NCBI RefSeq assembly: GCF_006345805.1
Contig: NC_042999.1
Span: 114,390,001-114,454,000 of the forward strand
Direction: 5' to 3'
Length of the DNA: 64,000 nt
Origin: Octopus sinensis
Taxonomy: Eukaryota
Translations under genes and position numbers: made by a program
Part shown: positions 53,397 to 64,000 of the stretch, one piece after another
Numbering within the stretch: the first letter of the stretch is position 1
Layout of the letters: every line of letters starts with the position of its first letter
Notes under the pieces: model-generated
What the model was told of the DNA's origin: nothing
Databases searched by the model: none
Seen by the model: only the letters and a program-made list of their open reading frames with translations

Positions 53397-53645
53397 GCAC
53401 GCACACGCGCGCGCGCACACACACACACACACACGTGTGTGTGTTCATATGTATGCACATATATGTGTGCGTGTGTATGTGTGTGTGAATGCGTGAACGC
53501 GTCTTTATTTCGGTATTGGTTTGTTTATGTCCCCACAAATTAGTGGTTCAGTAAAGAATCCAATAGAATAAATACCAGACTTATAAGATAAAGGTGAAAA
53601 AAAAAAAAAGCTGAACCCTTCAAAGCGGTACCCCGGCATAGTTGT
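53205..53645 (+). mobile_element. SINE family B
   Basis: CACTTGGGCAAGTGTCTTCTG...GTAGACGGAAAC, internal (CA)n, tail AAGCGGTACCCCGGCAT...ATGACTGAAAC. Confidence 0.8.
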
Positions 53646-54374
53646 CCAATGACTGAAACCTGTATATGGTAAAAGATGAGACTACAAGCTAATCCCACTT
53701 GGAATTGAATCCCACTTGGAACTGAAGTCAGAACTGGATTTTCTCCAACAATTCTCCTACATAATGCTATCAATAATAATTGTTTCTTATATATCATATA
53801 TAAAGGCGGTAAGCCGGCAAAATCGTTAGCAAGATGGACAAGTGTTTAGCGGCATTTCTTACAAGTTTCTGAGTTCAAATGACCCCCAAGGACGAGTTTA
53901 CTTTTCATGTTTCCGGGGTTGATAAAATGAGTATTCGATGTAATCGGCTTCCACTTCCCTCAAAACCGCTGGTCTTCTGCTAAAATTGGAAAGAATATTA
54001 TATAATTATTGTTCTTAAAATATAACATAAGAATATAAAATATTAGACCCCCTCACTACTAATTATCATGTGTAACAGGCAAAACACCTCATATTTTAGG
54101 GAAAGGTTAAATCGAGTAAATTGATGCATGTGTACCAAACGTAGTAACTTGTAGTGCTGGTTCTGAAATTCTATTGAAAATCTGAAGAGATAAACTTAAA
54201 AATGAAAACATCGAACTGGTAACAAGATTGACTTGTAGACCTTTAATGTTAGTATATTATGGTGGGAGAAAGAAACATTGTGTCCTTGCTAGCAATTAAT
54301 ATATATATATATAATTATTAAACGGCCATATTTAACTCTCTATCTTCGGTGAGCTTCTCGTAAAATCAAATAGC

Positions 54375-55010
54375 ATCAGAAGCTTAGGTGTAATTGTAGA
54401 CAACAATTTAAGTGGAGCGCATACATCAACAATAAAGTCAATATCGCCCACAGAATGAGCTTGTGAACCCGTAGAACTTTCCAATGCAAAGATCTTGATG
54501 CTACCAATCTTGTCTTGTATGTTGGTCAGATCTCACCTTGAATATTGCTGTCCACTATGGTTTGTGTTCACGTAACACAAATATTATGAGAAGTGAAGCC
54601 CCTCGGAGATCGATAACAAAGAAAGATAAATAAATGATATGGCAGGCCTTGACTGTTAGGATCGCTTCAAAAGACTTAAACCTTTTTTCTCGCTAACGCA
54701 TCTGTGAGCTCTACATCATTTGTACATTGTGGAAAATATTCCGTCAATACTGTCCAAACGATGTCGGTATCAATTTCACAAGGCTTGGCCCAGAGCCTTA
54801 CACTCTCTACCAAAATTGAACAGACATCGCATAACAATATTTTGATACAACTTTTGAAATCGCAACTGGTCTTGCCTAATTCAACATCATTCCGAAAGAA
54901 ACAAAAAAAGGCCCCATAACAATTCAAAGGGTCTTTGAAAACACTTCTCCGAGAAATACCAGACAAATCACCAAGACATGATTTAAAAGCAAAATCCTGG
55001 TGCTATTAAG
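54375..55010 (+). mobile_element. CR1-clade LINE 3' fragment
   Basis: RSLGVIVDNNLS, LVRSHLEYCCPLW, LWKIFRQYCPNDVGI and EIPDK remnants. Confidence 0.8.
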
Positions 55011-55119
55011 TAGGTCATGGACGGGGCTAATAATTGCCCAAACCAATTTGGATTACCAAAGTTTATATACACTCTAATATACGCACACATAAATATGTAT
55101 GAATGTAAAAATATAAAAC

Positions 55120-55435
55120 GAAAGGATAAGTCGACCTTGGCTGAATTTGAACTTAGAACGTAAAGACGGATGAAATACCGCTAAGCATTTTGTCCGGCGT
55201 GCTAACGATACTGCCAGCTCGCCACCTTAGTAATCCTTCTATAGTCATAAGACTTGAAATTTTGTGGTAAGAGGTTAGTCGATTACATCAATCGGAGCCC
55301 TCGACTGCTACTTATTTTATCGATTCTGAAAGGCAAAGTCGACGTCGGCAGTATTTGAACTCAGAACGTAAAAATGGACGAAATGTTACTAAGCATTTTC
55401 CACGGCGTGCTAATGTTTATGTCAGCCTGCTGTCT
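55120..55435 (-). mobile_element. two SINE family A copies
   Basis: GTCGACCTTGGCTGAATTTGAAC...CTGCCAGCTCGCCACC, and a second copy at 55235-55435. Confidence 0.85.
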
Positions 55436-55796
55436 CAATAATAATAATACCCATTTTTAGTGATAAATTTGCCAACATGCCTTAAGGCACTTGCAAATCT
55501 ACTAACGGACTGACGAGGAGAATTATAAAATGATATTTATTATAATAAATAATTACATTACATCACATTTCATTCTTCTGCAGTTTCATATCAGAAGAGA
55601 AATATTTTAATTTTCAAATACCTTTATCTGAATAATTCAATATTATTGACACTGTTTGGAAATTGATGAAATGTAATGAACTGCAACAGTGTGGTTAAGA
55701 AGCTCGCTTTTCAACCACGTGATTTCAGGTTGAGTTCCACTGAACGGCAAGCCTCGTGGGTGGGTGGATGGTGTAGACGAAAATCGAAAGGAGCTA

Positions 55797-55887
<91 letters not shown>

Positions 55888-56399
55888 AATATTATCAACT
55901 ACGCATACTTAACGTATATGCCCTGTGTATTTGCTGGCTGCGATATGGCGTGGTGGAGATTACTTTCTTATAGGGCAGGTGTGTTTCGCCATTTTTGTGG
56001 CTTATCAACGTCATGTACCCAAACCGAATCGGAGGCGAATCGAATCGCCAGCCCACGACTTATATGAATAAAATAAAAAGACCGAGATACCTTAAATTGC
56101 TGTCACGAAAACAAATTTTAACAGGAGAATAACCACAGTTACATACACATACGCGCGCTTGCGTGTACATCCATCTAACCATATGTACATATGTACATAT
56201 ATAAGTATACTGACCCCCGTACTTAATTAGTACTTTGGTCTGTTGATTCCGGAACAAATACCATCTGGCATCTTGTTCGTAGATTAAGCGATTCTTCTCA
56301 TCCACCGTTTTTATACACATGTACACATTCATACACACAACTACCAACATACACATGCCTATATATACAAATACATACATAAATACATGCATGCATACA

Positions 56400-56479
<80 letters not shown>

Positions 56480-56732
56480 AATCTATCTATCTATCTGACT
56501 TCATTGACCGAGGTTACCGTGGTCTTTTCCGTAGGCTTTTCTTTCCACGGGTAAACCTCACCTGTCCTCCCCATTACACTTCATATTGACATTTCTGTGA
56601 TTACGATCCCTTTTGATCGAATATTAACCCCCTTTTTTTTTACCCCCAAAAGAAAAGCTCTACCTTGTAATTTGTTCTGTCTGTGTGCAGCCCTATGTGG
56701 CTAATAAAGAAACATATCTATCTATCTATCTC

Positions 56733-56853
<121 letters not shown>

Positions 56854-56924
56854 CGTCCGTCCGTCCGTCCGTCTGTCTGTCTGTCTGCCTGTCTGCCTGT
56901 CTGTCTGCCTGTCTGTCTATGTAT

Positions 56925-56968
<44 letters not shown>

Positions 56969-57213
56969 TGTGTGTGTGTTACATTAAAAACACTGGTTTA
57001 CTGCTGTTTAATACTTTATTCTTTTTTATCAAAGATGAGGCCATGAAGGTATTGAAATGTTAATAGGCTTTGGAAGATTATAAATGCTAAAAAAAATGTC
57101 TCAAGATTAAACTCGAACCGTATTTTCATTAAACATGTTTGAAAGGGAAAGTGTCCCCTCTCCCCACGCACCGTATGCACAAATACATACACTCACACAC
57201 ACATATTATATAT

Positions 57214-57268
<55 letters not shown>

Positions 57269-57600
57269 ATGTATATATATATACGTATATGTAAAATAAT
57301 AACTGGGTAAGATTTTTTTATATCATAAAATTATGTAATACATTTCCAAGTCTTGGGAAAGCCAGAAAAATTGAACAGAACCGGCGCCCATGGGAGTCGA
57401 ACCACGTTTTTGTCATAGGTCATTCATGTAAATGTATTACGCAATTTCATACATACTCACATATATATACCATAATTCTAGTTTTGATGTACATTAAGAA
57501 TATGTAAATAACTTCACAAAAAAAAAAAATGTAGATTTTGTTTTATGGCAATGCATTATATTCATCATTATTATTGTCATTATTTCAAATTATAAAAGAA

Positions 57601-57648
<48 letters not shown>

Positions 57649-57952
57649 ATTATTAATATTATTATGATGATCCTCATCTTCATCCTAATCACCATTCTTA
57701 ATGTCATTATTATCTTCTTTCTCTCTCCTATTTCTCATAGTTTAAAAGAAAGAACCTTCTAGTCTTTGTTCGTTTTCTCCTAAATAAATAGGAACGTTGG
57801 AATATTTAAAACCGTTGTCAAACAACATTTAGATCTGTTGTCTTCGTATGCCTTTTACGTTTTTCAAATGACTATTAAATACACGTTTTCTTCCAGCATA
57901 AATATTATATACATTTCAATATACTTATCTATCATTCAACAACGATCTGCAA

Positions 57953-58038
<86 letters not shown>

Positions 58039-58799
58039 TCGCTTATTGGGCCATTATTGCTTCTCATCTTTGCCAGAAATACACATTAGACAGCAGTAGA
58101 ATGAATATATAATGAAATAAACAGTCAGTAAATGCTATTGAATAGAAATACTTATATATTATGTACATTGTACATAGATACATATGTAAGTTAATGACAT
58201 ATGCTCAATAGGCAACATTTACATATTAATAAATACAAATATGACTTCGCTAGTCAAAGAAGCCTTTACTTATTCTTGGAATGGTTAGAAATAGCAGTCA
58301 AATAAATAACTTTGAGATAATAGCCTACCGTTTCAAAAATATAAGGCAATAGCACAAAGGAGAAATACCGTCTCACGTGCTCCGAAAAGACGGGATGATC
58401 ACGGCCGTAACGCCTTTGATCATAATTCTGTTCGGTCAGGGTTGTTCTGGGTTAAACAATAAAAACGTCTACATGAACAATTACTGCCTTTTTTTTTCTT
58501 CTTTCCTAAGCAATGTGTCTCAGTATACTGTACAAACACAGAGGAAGCCACCACCTTAACTTCCCGCTTTGCATGCAACTACACACCATTAACCAGTTCC
58601 CTCTAAATTTATCCCTTTCCATGTAAGCCAAACTCCTCACCTCGCATACATACATGCAAAGTGAGGAAATATCTTCGGTTTCTTCAAACAAACAAGGCCC
58701 ACACCAGCCTTGACAGTGTCCTTTCCATTCCACTCAAGCGTTGTGTCTCAGAATTTGCTCTTATATTCACCAAACTTTTGATCTCTGACTCTCTATGGA

Positions 58800-59640
58800 G
58801 ATATATCCTGACACATGAAAGCATGACTCAGTGTGTCCCATTCTAAAGAATGTAACCCTGTGACCCCGCCAACTGTTGTTCTATTTCTTTCACATAACAT
58901 CTCTAAGTTAATGGAGACAGTCGTTAACAATGAAGTTCCACAAAACCTTGAGTCTCTTTTTTTCAATAAACACAAGAACGACTTCTGTAGAATCAGGCCG
59001 TGTTTGAAATGCAAATCTTTCATCAAAACTTACCACCAATGAGCGCCACATACCTCTTGGATCGGCAGCTTTCTATCTGATCACATAATCGCAGCATGTG
59101 TTAATGGAGCACTTTCTACCACATTATTAATCATCTCTGATGTTCTCTAGGGTTCACTTTTCCCGCAACTCACTTTCTTCTGTACATCAATAACCTACAT
59201 GTTACCACCTCCAACAACATCCACTCTTATGAAAATAATACGGCCCTTCATACCTCTCTAACTTTCTCCAAATCAAGCATCATCTACACGCACCTAGAGA
59301 CCACATACCAAATATGCATTGATTCCATAAACGAAGATACTGAGAGCATCCTTCAGTGGAACCAAACCAATCTTACCTGTTTTTATTGCAATGAACCCAA
59401 AACAAACTAAAAAACCAAAAAGCAAAAGCAGTCAGGTTATTTGTTTCAAGGAAATACCGCCGTGCACCACCCTAAACATGGGTGGCACTCCACTTGAATC
59501 CTCACAGTTGCTCTAAATGCTGGGCTTGACTATCACCGTGGATTTCTTCTGGCAAAAGCACATCCTTAGCATAGCTAGAACAGCATCCCAGTGATTGGCT
59601 CTTCTTTTCAGGACCAGAAACTATTTTAGCCTCCAAAGGG
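58800..59640 (+). mobile_element. CR1/L2-type LINE reverse transcriptase fragment
   Basis: LFLSHNISKLMETVVNNEV..NLE, GVL*GS..P..LLYINNL and LGLTITVDFFWQKHILSIARTASQ*LALLFRTRNYFS. Confidence 0.75.
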
Positions 59641-60034
59641 AGAACAAAAATAGCCAATTTGATAGTTGTCAAGGTCGTTAAGTTTTTGAAGAATTTATTG
59701 AATGTTTAAAGAAAATCAGATTATTTTTTTTAGATATGAAAACCATAAAGCATAATATTTTTTTCGGCTAAATGATTTGGTTTGGCTTGGTAAACTTAAT
59801 AAAAATGCAAGGCTTCGGAAAATTTATTGACGTGATGTTTGGTTTGACCAAAAGTTTTGGGGGAAGATTCTATATAATTCAGCGTGATTTAGAATCTACT
59901 GGGTTTGTACCAAATGTAATGGAAACGTAAGCATAACTTTTTTATAAACTGATATAGCCATTTATATTGCATATACTGGTAGCGTAATTCTTCCTTTATA
60001 GTAACTTTTTGCCCTTTACTCCTTTATTGTAAGC

Positions 60035-60865
60035 AGATAATGGGTTCCAAGCAAAAGCATTGCCACGATTGAGTTCTTGACGAAAGAGGAGTGAAATGTG
60101 TTTGACACCCATAGAAAGCCAATTGACACCATTGACAAAACAGCATGCACAGATGGATGTTGAAAGTAAAGCAAACCAGCCTTAAAGACAACCCGCGCAG
60201 AGGAAAGCCATTAACTGCAACCACTGGCACCAGCGAATAGACGAATTGATATGCACAACAGGCGAGTTACAACACGTGAGCTTGCTGCAAAACTAGATTA
60301 TGATCATAATGCATTACAAATGATGGAAGACTGAGTATGGAAAAGCATTTACAAAGTGGGTAACTCAGCGGTGAACATCCGACTTGAAGGAGAAAAGAGT
60401 AGAAATCTCTGATCTACTGGAAGCATCTGAAGCCAACGAAGACACTTGTTTTCATTTTTGTGACAAGCGATAAAACGTGGCCGAATCTTTATGATCCGCA
60501 AAATAAGGCTCAGTCCACAGAATGGCGTTACACCCCTTCTCCAAGGCCTAAGAAGTTCAAGACAATCGGAAAATTGAGCTGTTTATCCATCAAATAAGGA
60601 TCAAGCGCACTCCGACTTTCACCTGTTCGAACCAATGGATGGATAACGACTTGAAGACAAAGATGAACTGAAAGTGTATGACGAAATGAGAACAACAGTG
60701 TGCTTATGATTTTTTTTAAAGAGAATTCGAGAGCCTGGTGTAACAGTTGCGTAAATGTTCAATTTAAACAGCCTCTGTCAGTTAATAAAATAGTTATGCC
60801 CACATTTTCATTGGCTTAAATAACACTCGTAAAAGTTTAAAGCACTTCTCAAAAACCGACGTAAG
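60035..60865 (+). mobile_element. internally deleted mariner transposase relic
   Basis: Remnants DNPRRGKP, RRVTTRELA, VTSDKTW..YDPQNKAQSTEWR..PSPRPKKFK, then directly SDFHLF; the middle of the DDD domain is deleted. Confidence 0.75.
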
Positions 60866-61344
60866 TATCTTGAACATTACAGAAAACAATTTTTATAAGT
60901 TGTTATGACTTTGACGAACTAGTTTCCCTCAGATGTTTGAAATTCAAAGAGTTAGCAGAAACAATAAAATTTATAAAATATCCTGATGAAGCAAATTACA
61001 CAATATAAAATTAGATGCGTTTGTGTGTTAGTGTTTAAGAAATCAAGAAATGCAACCAGTCAACGTCAATTCCTGTTCAATTAAAAAGCAAAAGTTCATT
61101 ATATTTGGTGCTGATTTGGAAGAAATTGAAAGTGAACAAGTAATCGCGAATAATCGTACAAACTCTGAACTTAGGAGAATATGCTCTTAAAATTCTTGCA
61201 AAAATACCTCCAGCCACTTTCTCGTGAACCTTATGTGAATCATAGTTCTCAACAATAAATTATGTATGTATGTATGTATGTATGTATGTATGTATGTATG
61301 TATGTATGTATGTATGTATGTATGTATGTATGTATACACATACA

Positions 61345-61565
61345 TATATATATTTGCGTGTGTGTGTCCCTCACCACCGCTTAGTAACCGATGTTGGTCT
61401 GTTTATGTACCTTTAACTTAGCAGTCTGGCAAAAGAGAACGCTAGAATATGTACCAAGTTTAAAAATAAAAATTAGTACTGGGGTCGATTCATTCGACTA
61501 AACTTCTTTAGGAGAATGCCCCAGCATGACCGCAGTCTAACGACTTAAACAAGTAAAAGATAAAG
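61345..61565 (+). mobile_element. SINE family B, 3' half
   Basis: CCGATGTTGGTCTGTTTATG...GTACTGGGGTCGATTCATTCGACT...CCCCAGCATGACCGCAGTC. Confidence 0.8.
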
Positions 61566-62557
61566 TATAAAAGTGAGAATGAAATAGAAGGGCAGAAGGA
61601 GATGGAAAAGTAAGACAAAATGGGAAGGAGAGACACTTGAGAGAGTGAGAGAGAGAGAGAGAGAGAAGGAGGGAGGGAGGGAGAGAGATACAGTGAGATA
61701 GAGGAGAAGATTAAATGCGAAGTAGGGAGGGAATGCAGGCGAGAAAGAAAGCACGGTGAATAAAGGGATTCGAAGAAACAATTAGAGAATAGTTAAGGAA
61801 GAAAAAGAAGGAACAAAGAGAAAGACGATGGAAGAAGTGGGATGAATGTTGATGGTGACGATGGCGGCGGCGGTGGTGGCGGCGATGGCGGTAGCGGAAG
61901 AGGAAGAGGAGAAGAAATCGTGTGATGGAGGGAGTAGGAGAAATACTGAAAGAAATAATGATGAGAGAAGAAAGGGTATGTATGGGGTAGTGGTGAGGAG
62001 CGGTGTTAGGTGAAGAAAAGTTTTACATTTTTTATATATTAGAATATTTTTTATTGTTGTTGGTGGTGCTTTTATAATTATTATCATTATTATTTTTATT
62101 ATTTTTTTTGTCCTGTCATGCACTTTGACCTTCATTGTTTTTCTTTTCTCTTTTCTTTTTATTGTATGATCGTTGTTTCGTTCCTTGAAAATTTCATAAT
62201 CCTGAGTTGGTGGTGGTGGTGGAGGTGGTGGTGATGGTGATGGTGTAGGGAGAATGTTTGTGTGTGTGATGGGGGTAAGCAAGGGGGTGGGAAGCAATAG
62301 TTCTCGAACAATTCATACAACCAGCAGAGGTCGTCTGTCACTTTACTAACCGACAAACATTAACCGGAAACAAAAGAATATCTTAACCGGGAAGTATTTG
62401 CGGCTCAAAAGTGAAAAAAGAAAAGAGGTTGTAGAGTTTCTCAAGTGAAATGTATGTGTGTGTGTGTGAGAGTGTGTATTGTGAAAGGGAGGGTTGATAG
62501 CGAAGTCAATTTGAAGTTGTTGTGGAGTAGATCGGTGTTTTACCGCAGAGATATGTA

Positions 62558-62714
62558 GGAGTGGCTGTGTGGTAAGTAGCTTGCTTACGAACCACATGGT
62601 TCCGGGTTCAGTCCCACTGCGTGGCACCTTGGGCAAGAGTCTTCTGCTATAGCCTTGGGCCGACCAAAGCCTTGTGAGTGGACTTGGTAGTCGGAAACTG
62701 AAAGAAGCTCGTCG

Positions 62715-62748
<34 letters not shown>

Positions 62749-62754
62749 TGTATG

Positions 62755-62806
<52 letters not shown>

Positions 62807-63030
62807 ATATGTATGTATGTGTGTGGTCTGTGTTTGTCCCCCCAACATCACTTGATAACCGATGCCGGTGTGTTTACGTTCCCGTAACTTAGCGGTTCGA
62901 CAAAAGAGACCGATAGAATAAGTACTAGGCTTACAAAGAATAAGTCCTGGGGTCGATTTGCTCAACTAAAGGCGGTGTTCCAGCTTGGCCACTATCAAAT
63001 GACTGAAACAAGTAAAAGAGCCTAAAAGAG
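62558..63030 (+). mobile_element. SINE family B, full length, young
   Basis: GGAGTGGCTGTGTGGTAAGTAGCTTGCTTACGAACCACATGGTTCCGGGTTCAGTCCC (A/B-box-like), central microsatellite, tail GACTGAAACAAGTAAAAGAG. Confidence 0.92.
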
Positions 63031-63159
63031 AGTATGTCTGCTGTAGAAAATGAACAAATCTTACTAACTTTTGTACAAAGCGAGCAATTTTGACGAAGGT
63101 GACAAGTCGATAACATTGACTCCAATACTTTAGTGACACTTTATTTTCTACGGATCCGG

Positions 63160-63515
63160 GCTCGGAAACGAAAAAGGGCAAAGTTAACCTCGGCAGAATT
63201 TGAACTCAGAACATAAAAATTCGGAAGAAATGCCGCTAAGCATTTTGTCCGATGTACCAACGGCTCTGCCAGCTCGCCGCCTTACCCTAGGTACATAATG
63301 GTTTTAAATTTTGGTACAAGGCCATCAATTTCGGTGGGTGGGTGGCTGAGTCGATTACGCCGACCTCTGTATTCAACTGATACTTATTCTATCGATCTCG
63401 AAAAGATGAAAGGGCAAAGTCGACCTCGACAGCATTTGAACCAAAACACAAAGATGGACGAAATGCCGCTTAGCATTTTGCTCGGCGTGCTAAGGAGTCT
63501 GCCAGCGCGCCATCT
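63160..63515 (-). mobile_element. two SINE family A copies
   Basis: GCAGAATTTGAACTCAGAAC...CTGCCAGCTCGCCGCC, and a second copy at 63305-63515. Confidence 0.85.
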
Positions 63516-63716
63516 TAACCAAAGTACATAATGCAAGCTAGTTTGCTCGTCGCTGTTAGCGCTGGTTACCGAAAAGGAGAGAGAACGATATAATTTGTGT
63601 TTTGCAGTACCGAGTTCAGTTTCTTCCATGGAGGAATTAGCTTGGAGAATTACTGCCCCCTCTGCCTCCATCCGCGCCACCTCCTTAAACTGACTTGTCC
63701 TAGGTACATTTACATC

Positions 63717-63935
63717 AATGAATCTCAACCAGGGCCCATATAAGAATTTTGGGGTCCTCGCAACAAAAGAGTAAATTGAGTATTCACAAGGATATTTTAA
63801 GGGCCCCTGAAAATTTTTTACTTCAGATGTATGTATTGGTATGTATTGTAAGAAACAGCTATGTTTCTTTCTCCAACATGTGCATAGTCCAACCTACACA
63901 AGTTAATGTGCGAAAAACAAAAGAGGAATTCTTTT
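63717..63935. mobile_element. one end of a hAT-type MITE
   Basis: CAATGAATCTCAACC resembles the TIR at 23724; the other end is not seen before a SINE starts near 63940. Confidence 0.45.
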
Positions 63936-64000
63936 CTACACTAAGCACAAAGCCCGAAATTTTGGGGGAGGGGGGGCAGTCGATTAGATCGATCCCAGTA

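Noticed and set aside
56060-56392. ORF containing KTVDEKNRLIYEQDARWYLFRNQQTKVLIKYGGQY
   Set aside because: Bounded by microsatellite, no splice sites, no recognised family.
56505-56547. Hairpin GAGGTTACCGTGG...CCACGGGTAAACCTC
   Set aside because: Lies at the start of a SINE-like repeat fragment; no ribozyme core found.
57400-57430. tRNA T-arm-like GGTTCGACTCCCATGGGCGCC on the minus strand
   Set aside because: No D-arm or anticodon arm; at most a SINE/tRNA fragment.

Overview
AT-rich, repeat-saturated eukaryotic DNA with one 100-N assembly gap. The SINE families and microsatellite load strongly suggest an octopod cephalopod (Octopus); this is an inference. No host protein-coding gene can be supported, and most of the ORF track is microsatellite artefact. 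The recognisable content is transposon-derived: a Tx1-like LINE, CR1-clade and RTE LINE fragments, two Penelope-like elements (PLEs; one young, with RT + GIY-YIG), a near full-length Tc1/mariner of probable DD41D type, two mariner relics, several MITEs, a probable DIRS relic, many tRNA-type SINEs, a truncated 5S rRNA copy fused to a SINE tail, and a degenerate TTAGGG tract. The most notable signal is a set of type I hammerhead ribozyme motifs (18470, 19321, 28268, 43023/43127). It includes a ~215-bp foldback element in (TA)n with one hammerhead on each strand, whose single-arm relative at 19321 keeps an intact catalytic core.
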